From Eledone cirrhosa (taxonomy: Eukaryota): a stretch of DNA of 64,000 nt. The DNA lies in contig OZ024745.1 in NCBI GenBank assembly GCA_964016885.1, forward strand, positions 88,846,001 through 88,910,000, given 5' to 3'. This document shows positions 1-11,521 of this stretch, piece after piece. The notes beneath the pieces were generated by a model, which did not search any database, was not told where the DNA came from, and was given only the letters and a program-made list of their open reading frames with translations. Position 1 is the stretch's first letter. Each line of letters begins with the position of its first letter. Position numbers and translations under genes: made by a program.

Positions 1-1043
1 TCGATGCACTCCTGGTTGGTTTGGATTAGCATCTCAATGGAGGAGCCGACCCAATCTTCTCTTACTTTTTTCTGTACTTGCAGTACAGTTGTTTTGTCCT
101 CGATTCCGACGAGGACAGACGCGGCCAGCCAAGAAGGGGTCATTCCGGGGGGGACGTGGGTCAGTTTGACCCTCACAATTTTTTGCCCGCAGTAGGAGGG
201 CACCAACACCATTTCCTCGCTCCTTAGGGTCACTACTGATTGGGCCTTTGCCTCCTGGGGTGTGGCAAAAAGTACGTCTACGGTGGCGTATTTTTTGCCT
301 CGGGTGATGTGCGTTTTCCTCTGCCACACAGACCCCAAGGCTTTTTGTATTTGGGCCTCTGTGGCTCTTTCCACCCTACGGGATTTTGTACTTACTGTAC
401 GGTACGTGACCGTACAGTGCTCTTGGGTTTCGAATAAATTTTTCGCTGCCTTGCAGATTGCTCGGTGTCCATTCTTTGTCACCATCTTCTTCGCTTCCTC
501 TAATTCCTCATTTGTTATGAGGATTGTTTCCAAGTTTTTCGCAATACCTGCAAATGAGATTGGTTTTTCTCTGCTGTTGTTGTTGTCGTCAGAGCTGCTG
601 GTACTTTTGTTGTTGCTGCAGGTACTACGACTACTGCCTCCGCCGCTGTTGCTGTGGTTGTTGTTTGTGTTGCTGCTGCTAATGCTGTTGTTGTTTATGC
701 TGCTGGTGATGCTGTTGCGGCTGCTACTGTTGTTTTCATTGTCACTGTTGCTGTTGTTATTACGGCTGCTACTGCTATTATTCCTGACGTCAGACGAATG
801 AACTGGGTTTTCGTATTTCCCGCACACCTGTTTCGTCGCTGTCGTCGTCGTCGTGGAGAAACCTTGCACGCTTTGCACGAGACTTTTCTTTTCTTTCGTC
901 GCTTGCGAAAGAGAAGGGAGGGAGAGAGACACATTTAAAGAAGGGAGGGAGAGAGACAATCTTCTCTCTGCTGTAGTGATGATTGAGGAAGAAGAAGACG
1001 GAATGAGTGGGAGTGACGTATGAAATTTCTTTTTCGTAGCCAT
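1..1043 (-). CDS. Tx1/L1-clade ORF1 (N-terminal part, runs off window edge)
   Basis: ATG at 1043 (MATKKKFHTSLP...), then an Asn/Ser-rich tract and a globular region (...GKKYATVDVLFATPQEA...VRVKLTHVPPG...). No stop before position 1, so it is absent from the ORF track. Its upstream leader is shared with the ORF2-bearing copy at 5236-5486. Confidence 0.75.
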   Translation of the reverse strand, partial: MATKKKFHTSLPLIPSSSSSIITTAERRLSLSLPSLNVSLSLPSLSQATKEKKSLVQSVQGFSTTTTTATKQVCGKYENPVHSSDVRNNSSSSRNNNSNSDNENNSSSRNSITSSINNNSISSSNTNNNHSNSGGGSSRSTCSNNKSTSSSDDNNNSREKPISFAGIAKNLETILITNEELEEAKKMVTKNGHRAICKAAKNLFETQEHCTVTYRTVSTKSRRVERATEAQIQKALGSVWQRKTHITRGKKYATVDVLFATPQEAKAQSVVTLRSEEMVLVPSYCGQKIVRVKLTHVPPGMTPSWLAASVLVGIEDKTTVLQVQKKVREDWVGSSIEMLIQTNQECI

Positions 1044-1257
1044 GTTGTTTTTTGTTTAAAATGAATATTGGGTACAAAACCCCAATAACTGGTTATTTAA
1101 CCCCGAAGGGCCAAATAACGGACAGAAAGACCCCTCTCACGAGGAGGAGGATGTCTTTATCAACAATTTGGTTCAAGTTTTAAACTATTTACAATTGTTT
1201 TAACGGTTAAAAATTACTATACCTTACAGAGCCGAACCTCCGTCAACCATGGCATTC
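1..1257 (-). mobile_element. Tx1-like non-LTR retrotransposon copy A (5' UTR plus ORF1 start)
   Basis: 1007-1257 is a near-identical direct repeat of 5236-5486 (offset 4229). The 5' end abuts (AAT)n. Confidence 0.8.

Positions 1258-1308
<51 letters not shown>
1258..1308. repeat. (AAT)n microsatellite between tandem Tx1 copies
   Basis: Direct reading. Confidence 0.95.
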
Positions 1309-1310
<2 letters not shown>

Positions 1311-4300
1311 TTTCTTTATTAACCACAAGGGTTTACATAAAGTAGACATTAAGGACAGTGCAGGACAATGCAGGACGGTACAAATGGGCATTTCTGCGTG
1401 TAAAAAACAAAAACAGAGGATGTAACAAAAATAACAATGAAAATAACAATGAAAAATTCCCCAATAGGGGGGAGACTTCGGAGGGACATTTGTGGAGAAA
1501 GCCCAGTAAAAAGCCACAATGACCCTGACCACCAAGGCAAGTGCCCTCTCCCAGTTTTCCACCTTTAATTTACAGATATATACTCAGAGTAGGCCCATTC
1601 ACTCGGGCCATTCTTGCTTCTCTCACCCATCTTTCAACAAAATGCTGGGAAGAGAGCACTTCCCTCTCTACTCTGATTTTCCTTTTCAAATGAAATTTGA
1701 AAAAGTCAATCAGAGCATCACCGAAGAGGTAAGTGCTCGTCTTCAGCCCTTTCAAACGTGTCCACCATACTATCTCTTTCGCCATGGCCACCAGACAGAT
1801 AAAAACTGCCTGCCCTTCCCGGCTAAAGGAGGAAGGCGGGGCAATCCTCACGATGGACTCAGATGATAGCCGGATCCGTCCTAAACGCGACAGCAGGTGT
1901 TCGACATAAACCCACAAGTCAGCAATTTTCGGACACTGGACGAGTGCGTGCAGGACGGTTTCGTCGCCCTGCGTGCATCTCGGACATGCCCGGCTGACGG
2001 CACCTCCATGCCTGTAGAGTTTATCCCGAACTGGCAAGGCTCCTCGGTAGCACTGCCAGGCCAGAGATTTCTGGAAGTTGTCCATAGGCCCCGGCCCGAA
2101 AGTTCTTCCGAAGAGATTGGCTAGTTGATTTTCGTCGACGCCTAGAGTTTCCCCAAGTACGTCGTCGCTCTTCCCCTCCACTAATCCTCTATAGAACGCC
2201 GAGGTGGAGTTTCCACCGATCACATTGCCCGATTGGTCGAGGGCTGTGAGCGCCTGAAGACATTCCAGTCTCCAGGCGCTCCCTCTCTGTCTTCGCTTGA
2301 CCCAGGACTGCAGCTCCGTCAAGGAAACGAGCTGGGGAAAAACGCGTCTAGCAAACGGCGACCACACCTGATCACCGTCGAGGAAAAGGTGGAGATGTCG
2401 TAGCCTGAGCGCGTGCCTGCGCATCATCAGCCACGGCATGCCCAGCCCTCCACGTAGCGGGTGTTGACAACAAATGGACCGCCTGACCATCGGAGCACGT
2501 CCCTTCCACAAAAAGCGAAAGAGCAAACGCTCCAGCGCAGTCAGGCGAGGCTTAGGACAAGGTACGACGGTTAGGCGGTAGCAGATGACAGACGCGATGT
2601 ACGCGTTAGCCACCTCCGCTCGACCTTTCAGGGATAGCTTCCTCTCGGCCCATTTCTGGGTGAGAGAAGCCACCCTGCTCGTCACCTCGTCCCAGTTTTT
2701 GTCCGTCTGGAGGTCCGGACCGAACCAGACCCCTAGCAATTTAACCGGTCCGTCCGTCCAGCGCCCGACGACGCTGTTGGACGGCATGGACCTGCCTCTC
2801 CAGGTGCCGAGCTGCAGGCCCACTGACTTTTCCTGGTTGATCATTGCTCCTGTCACCGATTCGTATTCTCTTAGTGTAGTGCCGATCGCCTCGATGTGTT
2901 TGGCGTTCGACACCACTACGGTGACATCGTCCGCATATGCTGACACGGATCTTCCGCATCCTAGTTCGCGCGGGACTCCCCTCAACGTCTCCAGTTTGTG
3001 CAGTAATGGCTCGAGCGTCAATACGTACAAGAGGGACGAGAGGGGACATCCTTGGCGGACCGAGCGCATGATGTTGAACGGTTCCGACAGGTGACCGTTC
3101 ACTCTCACCACAGAGCAGATGTCGTTGTGCATGGCAGCGATCCAGCCTCTGAAGACGGGCCCAAAGCCAGCCGCCCTCAGGACTGCCGCTAGGTAACGAT
3201 GGTCGACCCTATCGAAAGCTTTCGACTGATCTAAATTGATCAAGGACCCACCCGTGCCAGGTTCCCTAGCTACCCTCTCTACGATGTATCGCATGAGGTG
3301 GAGGTTGTCGTGGATGGATCTGTCGGGAATAGCGCATGTCTGCGCCTCTCCCACCAGACCACCAACGACAAGCGCCAACCTCTTTGCTAGCACCTTGGCC
3401 AAAATCTTAAACTCTGTGTTTAGCAGAGTTATGGGCCGGAAATTGTCTATGTTATCCCCCTTGTTCGGATCCTTTCTCAGCAGTTCCACCGCTCCTCGGC
3501 TCACAGAACTGGGAATTCTCCCGTTCTGTTGCCAGTTGCAGTAGACGTCCGCCAAGAGGCCTCCGAACAAGTCTGGCATCTGTACGTAAAGTTCATAGGG
3601 CAGACCATCCAAACCAGGCGATTTACCCCTTGTGCAGCCAGTCATTGCCTCCCTTACTTCAGCGGCTGTTATCGGCTTTTCGCAACACTTCGCCTCAGTG
3701 GCCGAGAGCCGCGGCAGTCCGTCGAGGTAGACACTAAAGTCCATCCCTCTACCCGGCCCACCGCTGCCCCCGAACAGCTGAGCGAAGTGTCGCTGAAAAG
3801 CTTCACACATTTGCCCGGGATCGAGTAGCATGCGCCCGTCGTGGTCCACCAAAGACCGGATCGTGGCTTTGTTGCCACGACGCGCCTCCGCCACTCGGGC
3901 CCATTGAACGGCTTTCGTCCCCTCGTGTCTGAGAGCACGCACCCTAGCTCTGACAACGCAGCCTTCGTGCTTTGCATTGAAGAATTGGTCAAGGGCCAAT
4001 TTCGCCGCAAGCACGTCGGTCGCAATGCCTTTGCTAAGCGCCTCGTCTAATTTTCTAACTAGTTCTCCCTCTGCTCTATTTTTCTCTATTGCTAAAGCCT
4101 TACTAAACCTAATCGATTCTATTCTAATCGCTCTTTTCAGAGCAAACCACCACTTGTTGTTGACGATGGCCCCCGTCAACGCCCGCTTAACTAGTTCGCT
4201 AATCCGGTCTCTGTAGGCCTTGCGCGCTGGTAAGGACGCGTTTAGCTTCCAGTAGCCGGGTCCTCGTCTATGAAGCCTATCTAAGTCAAGCACACAGATC

Positions 4301-5486
4301 ACGAATTTGTGGTCCGTGTAGCTGACTATCTTGAATTGTGGACAGCCTATGCTAGACCTATCTATTTCCCTACAAAATACTCTATCTAGATATGATCTGG
4401 ATGACCCTATGCGGTTTGTCCAAGTCCACATTGGCACATTCGGGAAATCCAATCGGTACCTGTCAGACAGTTCAAAACGCCTGAGCAGGTTGGTGAGGCT
4501 CTTGCACCCTCCACCCCTATCCGCTAATCCCACACAGTCCCAGCGTGCATCTAAGATCCCGTTCCAGTCGCCCACTAACACTAAAGAGCGGGACGTTCCA
4601 AGAAAGGTCTCCAGACGCCGGAAGAAATCAGGCCGCCCTGCTCCTGTCGGGGCATAGACGGCCACTAGCCTGAAAGCTTGCCCGTCTCCGCTGGTCACGT
4701 CCAGCACCACCAGCTTACCCTCTGGGTCCAGGAAGATGGCCCGTATGGCGAGATCCAAACCTCTCCGAAAAAGCACAGCAACTCCTCCACCCGATCCAGG
4801 ACGGCTGGGAGATGCGTACACATCGTAGCCGCCGAAGATCGGTACGAAGGCCCGTGCTTCGGAGATTCTGGTCGCGCTGATGGCCACTACATCTATGTTT
4901 AGTGACCTGAGGTCGTTGAGCAGGTGACCCTGCTTCCATGACGACCCCAAACCACGCGCATTTATGCTGCCTATTCTGAGTGAGGTCATGTTTAAAATAG
5001 AGTGGAAAAGATGGGAAAGACCACTTACCGTACTTTTGGTAGAGGAGGGATGGTTTTTACATCCCTTTTCACTTGATCGTCTGGTGAAGGGACCGTTGAA
5101 TCGTCCCTTCGGCTGGTCGTCGGCTCTTCTAAGAGAATGTCTGAATATACTCTTCGATTAATGGTTCCTCCTAGGTCCCTGAAATCACCAACTGCGTTGG
5201 GGAATTTCGTTTTAATGTTTGTGTATTGTTTCTGTGTGGGAGTGACGTATGAAATTTCTTTTTCGTAGCCATGTTGTTTTTTGTTTAAAATGAAATTTTG
5301 GGTACAAAACCCCAATAACTGGTTATTTAACCCCGAAGGGCCAAATAACGGACAGAAAGACCCCTCTCACGAGGAGGAGGGTGTCTTTATCAACAATTTG
5401 GTTCAAGTTTTAAACAATTTACAATTGTTTTAACGGTTAAAAATTACTATACCTTACAGAGCCGAGCCTCCGTCAACCATGGCATT
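1309..5486 (-). mobile_element. Tx1-like non-LTR retrotransposon copy B, ORF1 internally deleted, ORF2 intact
   Basis: 5' UTR and first 12 ORF1 codons (ATG 5272) are joined directly to a probable ORF1 C-terminal remnant (5025-5235), followed by ORF2 and a 3' UTR ending in (TTA)n. (AAT)n lies at both ends. Confidence 0.85.
1570..4989 (-). CDS. Tx1/L1-clade ORF2: APE endonuclease, reverse transcriptase, CCHC zinc knuckle (1139 aa)
   Basis: APE motifs SINARGL, VYAP, GDWN, SYLDR, TDH. RT motifs KSPGLDG, FRPITLLN, DQSKAFDRVDH, QGCPLS, YADD. C-terminal CPRC-x8-H-x4-C. Confidence 0.95.
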   Translation of the reverse strand: MTSLRIGSINARGLGSSWKQGHLLNDLRSLNIDVVAISATRISEARAFVPIFGGYDVYASPSRPGSGGGVAVLFRRGLDLAIRAIFLDPEGKLVVLDVTSGDGQAFRLVAVYAPTGAGRPDFFRRLETFLGTSRSLVLVGDWNGILDARWDCVGLADRGGGCKSLTNLLRRFELSDRYRLDFPNVPMWTWTNRIGSSRSYLDRVFCREIDRSSIGCPQFKIVSYTDHKFVICVLDLDRLHRRGPGYWKLNASLPARKAYRDRISELVKRALTGAIVNNKWWFALKRAIRIESIRFSKALAIEKNRAEGELVRKLDEALSKGIATDVLAAKLALDQFFNAKHEGCVVRARVRALRHEGTKAVQWARVAEARRGNKATIRSLVDHDGRMLLDPGQMCEAFQRHFAQLFGGSGGPGRGMDFSVYLDGLPRLSATEAKCCEKPITAAEVREAMTGCTRGKSPGLDGLPYELYVQMPDLFGGLLADVYCNWQQNGRIPSSVSRGAVELLRKDPNKGDNIDNFRPITLLNTEFKILAKVLAKRLALVVGGLVGEAQTCAIPDRSIHDNLHLMRYIVERVAREPGTGGSLINLDQSKAFDRVDHRYLAAVLRAAGFGPVFRGWIAAMHNDICSVVRVNGHLSEPFNIMRSVRQGCPLSSLLYVLTLEPLLHKLETLRGVPRELGCGRSVSAYADDVTVVVSNAKHIEAIGTTLREYESVTGAMINQEKSVGLQLGTWRGRSMPSNSVVGRWTDGPVKLLGVWFGPDLQTDKNWDEVTSRVASLTQKWAERKLSLKGRAEVANAYIASVICYRLTVVPCPKPRLTALERLLFRFLWKGRAPMVRRSICCQHPLRGGLGMPWLMMRRHALRLRHLHLFLDGDQVWSPFARRVFPQLVSLTELQSWVKRRQRGSAWRLECLQALTALDQSGNVIGGNSTSAFYRGLVEGKSDDVLGETLGVDENQLANLFGRTFGPGPMDNFQKSLAWQCYRGALPVRDKLYRHGGAVSRACPRCTQGDETVLHALVQCPKIADLWVYVEHLLSRLGRIRLSSESIVRIAPPSSFSREGQAVFICLVAMAKEIVWWTRLKGLKTSTYLFGDALIDFFKFHLKRKIRVEREVLSSQHFVERWVREARMARVNGPTLSIYL

Positions 5487-5509
5487 CAATAATAATAATA
5501 ATAATAATA

Positions 5510-7881
5510 ATGAAGCTGTTTGGACAGCTTGAGGGGAAAGAAAGAGGCAAAGACTTGATCCCTGGGGCGGAACAAACTAAAACATTCTGGAGAGGAATAT
5601 GGGAGCAGGATGTTAGACATAATGCCCAGGCAGGGTGGATTGAGACAGTACAGAGGGAGATCGGTGAGCAGGCACAACAACAAACTGATTTGAGTATCAC
5701 AGTTGAAACTCTTAAGGGGCAGGCCAAAAAACTAACCAACTGGAAATCACCAGGCCCAGATGGTGTGCAGGGGTATTGGATTAAACATTTAACATCCCTC
5801 CACCCGAAGCTGACGGCCATGTTCAATGACTGCTTGGTGTCGGGTGAGGTGCCAGAGTGGTTGACAAAAGGTACCACAGTTCTGATAATGAAAGACCGAA
5901 TCAAGGGTAATGATGTTACCAACTATAGACCTATCACATGTCTGTCCGTAATGTGGAAACTGTTGACGAGCATTGTGTCTGAGGAAATCTACCATCACCT
6001 CCACACAAACAACTTGTTACCGGACGAACAGAAAGGATGCCGAAAGAAGTCACGTGGTACAAAGGACCAGTTACTTATTGATAAGATGGTAATGGGGAAT
6101 TGCAGGAGGAGACACACTGATCTTGCCATGGGATGGATAGACTACAGAAAGGCATTTGACATGGTGCCTCATTCTTGGATCACCAAAAGCCTGGAGATCT
6201 TCAGGGTGGCAGATAACATCAGACAGTTGCTGGGCAGGAGTATGGGGTCCTGGGAGACAGAGTTGACATCAACTGGAGTATCCTTGGGAAGCGTGAAGAT
6301 CAAGAGAGGTATCTTCCAGGGAGATAGCCTGTCCCCTCTGTTGTTTGTCCTTGCCCTAATGCCCTTGACCATTATGCTGCGAAAAGTGAGAGCAGGATAC
6401 AAGTTGGGAAGGGGAGAGCTTACCATCAATCACCTCCTCTTCATGGACGATCTTAAGCTCTTCGGGAAAAGTGAGAAGGAGTTGGATGTGCTTGTTGACA
6501 CTGTCCGTATTTTCAGCAATGATATATGTATGCAGTTTGGTATTGGTAAATGTGGAGTCATTGTGATGAGGACGGGTAGGTTGAGCAGAAGTAGCGGGAT
6601 CCAGATACCAACAGGTGAGATGATAAAGGAAATTGACTCTGAGGAAGGATACAAGTATTTGGGCGTTCTGGAGGCTGATGGCATAAAGAACAAAAAAATG
6701 AAGGAATTGTTAAGAACTGAATACATTCGGAGAGTAAGGAGCGTATTGAAGTCACATCTGAACAGCAGAAATGCCATAAGCGAAGTAAATTCCCGAGCTG
6801 TGTCTATTATTAGGTACAGTGCGGGAATTCTGAGATGGAATGTTGCTGAACAAAAAGAAATGGATAGGAAGACTAGGAAGCTATTGACTATCTACAACAT
6901 GTTCCACAAGAGGAGTGATGTCGATAGACTCTACCTAAGGAGATCTGAGGGTGGAAGAGGTCTTATCAGCATAGAGGACTGTGTTCAGATGGAGAAAAAC
7001 AACCTATACAAATACGTGACCTATAGTAAGGAGCCAATGCTCAAAGCTGTACTGAAGGAGGGGACAGTAGGCCAGGGGATGTCCAAGGAGGAAATAACAT
7101 CAAGGAGGAAGAGCAGCCTTAAGGGAAAATCCCTTCATAGTACCTTCTTTGAGAAAACTGAATTTAGAGATCCACAGACATGGAACTGGTTGAGAAGAGG
7201 AGACCTCAAAAAGGCTACAGAAGGAATGATAATGGCTGCGCAGGAGCAGGCCCTCAAAACGAAGTGGTTGAAGCACCATATTTACAAGGAGGAGGCTAGC
7301 CCACTGTGCAGGATCTGTGGAGAGAGAGAGAGGAGACTGTGGCTCACATTGTGTCCGAGTGTAAACACCTAGCCCAGACCCACTATAAGGGCTGGAGACA
7401 CGATGTGATGGGCAGGGTGATCCACTGGCACCTGTGCAAAGTAAACAATTTACCACATTCTGAGAAATGGTATGAGCATAGGCCGGAGGCGGTGATGGAG
7501 AACAATCAGGTGAAGGTGCTGTGGGATTTTAGGATACAGACGGACAAAAAACTGGAACGCAATAGACCTGACCTGGTGGTTGTGGACAAAGAAAAAAGAT
7601 CGTGTCTGATTGTGGATGTGGCCTGCCCGTTCGACACGAGAGTGCAAGAGAAGGAGAGGGAGAAAATTAACCGATACCAGGACCTAAAGTGGGAGGTGAA
7701 AAGGATTTGGAACTGCCATGAAGTCAAAGTGATCCCGATTGTCATAGGCGCACTGGGGACTATCTCCAAAAGTTTCCAGGGATGGTTAAAGAAAATCGGC
7801 CCCTTCACGCTTTTTGGAACGCTTCAAAAGGCATGCTTGCTTGGAACAGCAAGAACCCTCCGATACGTCCTGAATATCTGA
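5510..7881 (+). pseudogene. RT-ZnF-RLE polyprotein with one frameshift in a (GA)n run near 7320-7335
   Basis: ORFs 5510-7372 and 7306-7881 are consecutive parts of one protein. The ATG at 5510 arises at the (AAT)n junction. Confidence 0.85.
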
Positions 7882-7955
7882 GGCTGCAGGTAGTGGCTTG
7901 ATATTCATTCCAACGGACTTTCCAGTTAACCAACATCAATGACTGAGATTCAAGG
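5510..7955 (+). mobile_element. R4/Dong-clade RLE non-LTR retrotransposon, 5'-truncated
   Basis: RT (WKSPGPDG, YRPITCL, DYRKAFD, QGDSLSP, FMDD), CRIC..H..C zinc finger, and RLE motif RPDLVV..IVDV..K..Y. (AAT)n on both sides. Confidence 0.9.
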
Positions 7956-7996
7956 AATAACAACAATAATGATAATAATAATAATAATAATAATAA

Positions 7997-8265
7997 AAAG
8001 TGGGAAGTAAAAAGGATTTGGAACTGTCATGAAGTCAAAGTGGTCCCGATTGTCATAGGCGTACTAGGTACTATCTCAAAATTTTCCAGGGATGGTTAAA
8101 GAAAATTGGCCTCTTCACGCTTTTTGGAACGCTTCAAAAGGCATGCTTGCTGGGAACAGCAAGAACCCTCCGATACATGCTGAATATCTGAGGCTGCAGG
8201 TAGTGGCTTGATATTCATTTCAACAAACTTTCCAGTTAACTAACATCAATGACTGAGACTCAAAG
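7997..8265 (+). mobile_element. Short 3' fragment of the same R4/Dong family
   Basis: Diverged direct copy of about 7687-7955, followed by (AAT)n. Confidence 0.9.
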
Positions 8266-8290
8266 AATAATAATAATAATAATAATAATA

Positions 8291-8794
8291 ATGTGGAACT
8301 TTAGCATCCAAACAGACCCAAAATTAGATGCAAATAAACCTGATATAATACTGAAGGACTTTAGAAAGAGGGTATGCCTGCTAATTAATATGTCCGTTCC
8401 AATAGACAAGAATGTATCTATAAATACATTTGAAAAATTGAGCAAGTATAAGGACCTGGAGATAGAAATTGGAAAAATGTGGAAATGAGAACTAAAACAA
8501 TACTAGTGGTTGTAGGCGCTTTAGGTATGATACCTAAGGGGTCTAATGATTACTTATCGCAAATCAGAGGAAACCCGCGTATAGGAGAAATACAAAAGAT
8601 AGTACTAATGGGAACTGCCCATATACTAAGGAAGATTCTGTCAATATAAATACATCACAGGTCTAAACACCTAAAGATGCATGTGTGTGTATGTATGTTC
8701 TTTCTTGAACATGGCGAACCTTGTTGTCTCTTGAGGTCACTGGTTGTGACTTGGTGATAACTCGTATGATCATAAAGTAAGATAAATGCAACTG
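8291..8794 (+). mobile_element. 3' fragment of a second R4/Dong family (RLE domain plus 3' UTR)
   Basis: WNFSIQTD..NKPDII..EKLSKYKDL..VVGALG motifs, with an (AAT)n tail at 8795-8818. Confidence 0.85.
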
Positions 8795-8832
8795 TAATAA
8801 TAATAATAATAACAATAATTCGATTAACTCAC

Positions 8833-9222
8833 TCGATATGCAAATTAGGCTGCTCAGCCGTTAATATGCATAGGGAAAGTATATACTTTCAGACGTTCAA
8901 TCATCTGGCAGGAAGGTATACGGTGCTGACTAAAGCTAATAAGCTTGAAACTAGTACATCGTTCCTTTGTCAGTGTTGAACAAAAGTGCAACGACGGTTG
9001 CTAAACAGTGTACGGCTTAATTCGGGATGTTTGTTTACAAACAAACCGAGCATTATAACAAATGCTCGGTAAATCCATACGTACATATATAAATATGTCT
9101 GCATGTATGTATATACATACTACTGTACGTCTGTATACATATATGTATGTACATATACATACTTATATTTAAGTAACAGCCGTACTAAGAGTGAGAAATG
9201 AAATTTAGTTTCATTTTTTCCG
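8833..9222 (+). mobile_element. Non-coding ~400-bp HHR-bearing repeat (PLE LTR-like or retrozyme-like), family 1
   Basis: Diverged reverse-complement copy at 23421-23829. Ends at (TA)n. Confidence 0.75.
8921..8961 (+). ncRNA. Minimal type I hammerhead ribozyme (G8 mutated)
   Basis: CGGTG CTGACTA AAGCT-AATA-AGCTT GAAA C-TA-G TA CATCG. Stem I CGGUG/CAUCG, palindromic stem III ACTAGT. Confidence 0.75.
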
Positions 9223-9224
9223 TT

Positions 9225-11511
9225 TATATATATATATATATAAAGTGAAGTTGGGCGTTGTTTGTTTGTTTGTTTGGTGTCCCGAACTTTTAGGATACAC
9301 CGTTCATCGGATTTTCATGAAACTTGACACATATATAAAACTCGACGATAATCGGGCCCCCATAAGCCAAAAATCGATATTTTCAAAAATCGTCCGATTT
9401 CGATGAAACTCAACGCAAGTGGGGATGAACGGATAATTGGATCACCAGAGGCAAACATCGATATTTACGAAATTTGTCTGATACCAATAAAATTTGACGG
9501 AGGTATGTATTTTGATGCAGGGATAATCGGACCTCCAGATGCAAAAATCGATATTTTCAGAATTCATCCGATTTCAATGAAATTTTTATTATTACCACAA
9601 TAATAGATACAGTAGGAGTTACTCAAAGGCTGCAAAAATTCAGAAAGGTTTTTTAAACTCATAAATCATGCGTTAAATGAGACATTTAAGCGTTAGGGCA
9701 GACAATTATTCATAGTTTAATTATCAATGGCGCAATATTGTGGAAATATACAAATCCACGCCTTTCTTTATGGGAAAATGAAAGGCTTTACAAACAGATA
9801 TTCAGGGTTCTTTGAGTAGAATTCTTAATTCTTAAATAATTGTACAGTCAACAAAATATGACAGAATATTTTTCATATTTTTTTCAAAAATCTTTCGATT
9901 TCAATGACATTTAATGTGTATGTATTCGAACACAAGCACTTTTAGTTTACACCTGGCGCAATCAAAATCAATTTCATATGCCCATATAAGCACGCACATA
10001 CTGTGACTCACGCGCGTTATTGATTGGACGGCCTGTCTATACCATAGCAGTATGTTTTCTCAACAATAGATACACAAACAGGTATGCACGCACCGCCTTT
10101 ATCTCTTTGTGTGTATCCGCTTTTTGTGAACAACAATAAATCCGGCCGTCTCACTAAACAGACCTTTACAGAATTTGCCCACTTACTTATCGGTGAGTTA
10201 GTGCCTATTTATCTAGACTACTTGCATGCCAGTTAAATTTAATGCATTATTCGCCTTCCTTAAATTTAAAAATGCCCATTGGGACTAGGCGATTGTCGAC
10301 ATCTTAACGTTAAACTTTTCATATTCCTCCTTATTCAAGTGCAAATAGAGTATTATCCCTATCTGAAACGAAACCAAATTTAATGGTGTCTTTTGTGATG
10401 CCAAAAGCTAAAAGCGGTGAGTAAAGTTTCAAACAGTCTTAAATAATTATGCTTTTTGAAAAATATTTACTAAATGATAATTTGACCAGTTGTATTGGAT
10501 ACATACAAAGTTGTAAAAAAATGTTACGTCCGTACCAATTTTTTCCTTTTTTAAACAAAAGGTTCTAAAAAATTACTTAATTCATGACACTACCGTCACA
10601 GCCTTTTGCACAGGAAGTGAGTAAGTGTTCGGGTTTTTAAACGTAAGTTCACCAGGGTTTGTGTCTTTTCCATTATTAGCCCACCTCTAATGGCATTTTT
10701 GTTCTGTTTGCGACTAAATGTTATGAGTGTATTTGCAAATTGCTATTGTTCTTAATTTTTTTAATTAGTTGTCATAGACCATCTGCATGCAGTACAATTG
10801 ATTGCGCACACGTACACACCTGCATGCAGATAAATACTGACAGCTAATAAAAAATCGATAATTTACTTATTAAGCCATCAGTCAAAAAGAGAGATTGAAT
10901 GTACTTTAGAAATTTTTTGAATATATTGTTCTTTTTTGCATGATATGTCAGAAATATAGCTACTATTCACTTTGGTTATTTTTTGTAACTAAGAAATGGT
11001 TCCTTTTGGGTGGATACTTAGCGAGAAAGATCCCAGGGTTTTGGACAAGTTTGTTTCAGGCACTGTATAGACGTCAATTTTGTCATAAATTTGTATTCTT
11101 TTCCAATAGATATAACCCCTCTGAGGATTACGGACTTTTGCCTACAGTTTCCATTGGCAAAATGGATAATGTCTGTACAACCTGCAAGACAATGAAGTGG
11201 CCAGGTGAGGCGCCTTCTATGTGCTGTGCAGGAGGTAAGGTACAACTAGAGGCATTGGCTGTCCCGCCAGACGTTCTTCTGAATCTACTTACAGGTGACG
11301 ACACTACGGCTACAACGTTCCGCCGTAAGATGTGGAAATACAACTCCTGTTTCATGTTGACTTCCTTTGGTGTAGTCAATAACAACACCAACAAAAGCGT
11401 GAACCCCAACAACAACGTTGCACCTGTGATGCGCGGGAAGTAAATTTCACACATTTTAACAACAGAGCAAATGTCTACTTACACCTTGGCAACGCCGGTT
11501 ACTTCTGCTAG
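9225..11511 (+). mobile_element. Non-autonomous Helitron
   Basis: 5' TATATAAAG..(GTTT)n..CGGATTTTCATGAAACTTG-type head. 3' end GGCAACGCCGG..CTAG followed by T. Internal Rep/Hel fragment. Confidence 0.8.
11110..11439 (+). pseudogene. Helitron RepHel N-terminal fragment (exon-like)
   Basis: IGKMDNVCTTC..KWPGE..CCAGGKV.L..PP..L..LL..YNSCF.LTSFG is typical of Helitron Rep N-termini. Flanked by ttttccaatAG and GTaaat. Confidence 0.8.
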
Positions 11512-11521
11512 TATATATATA

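Noticed and set aside
262-801. Hydrophobic Leu/Val-rich ORFs (also 37210-37764, 38010-38456) as membrane proteins
   Set aside because: Antisense shadows of Asn/Ser-rich retroelement coding tracts.
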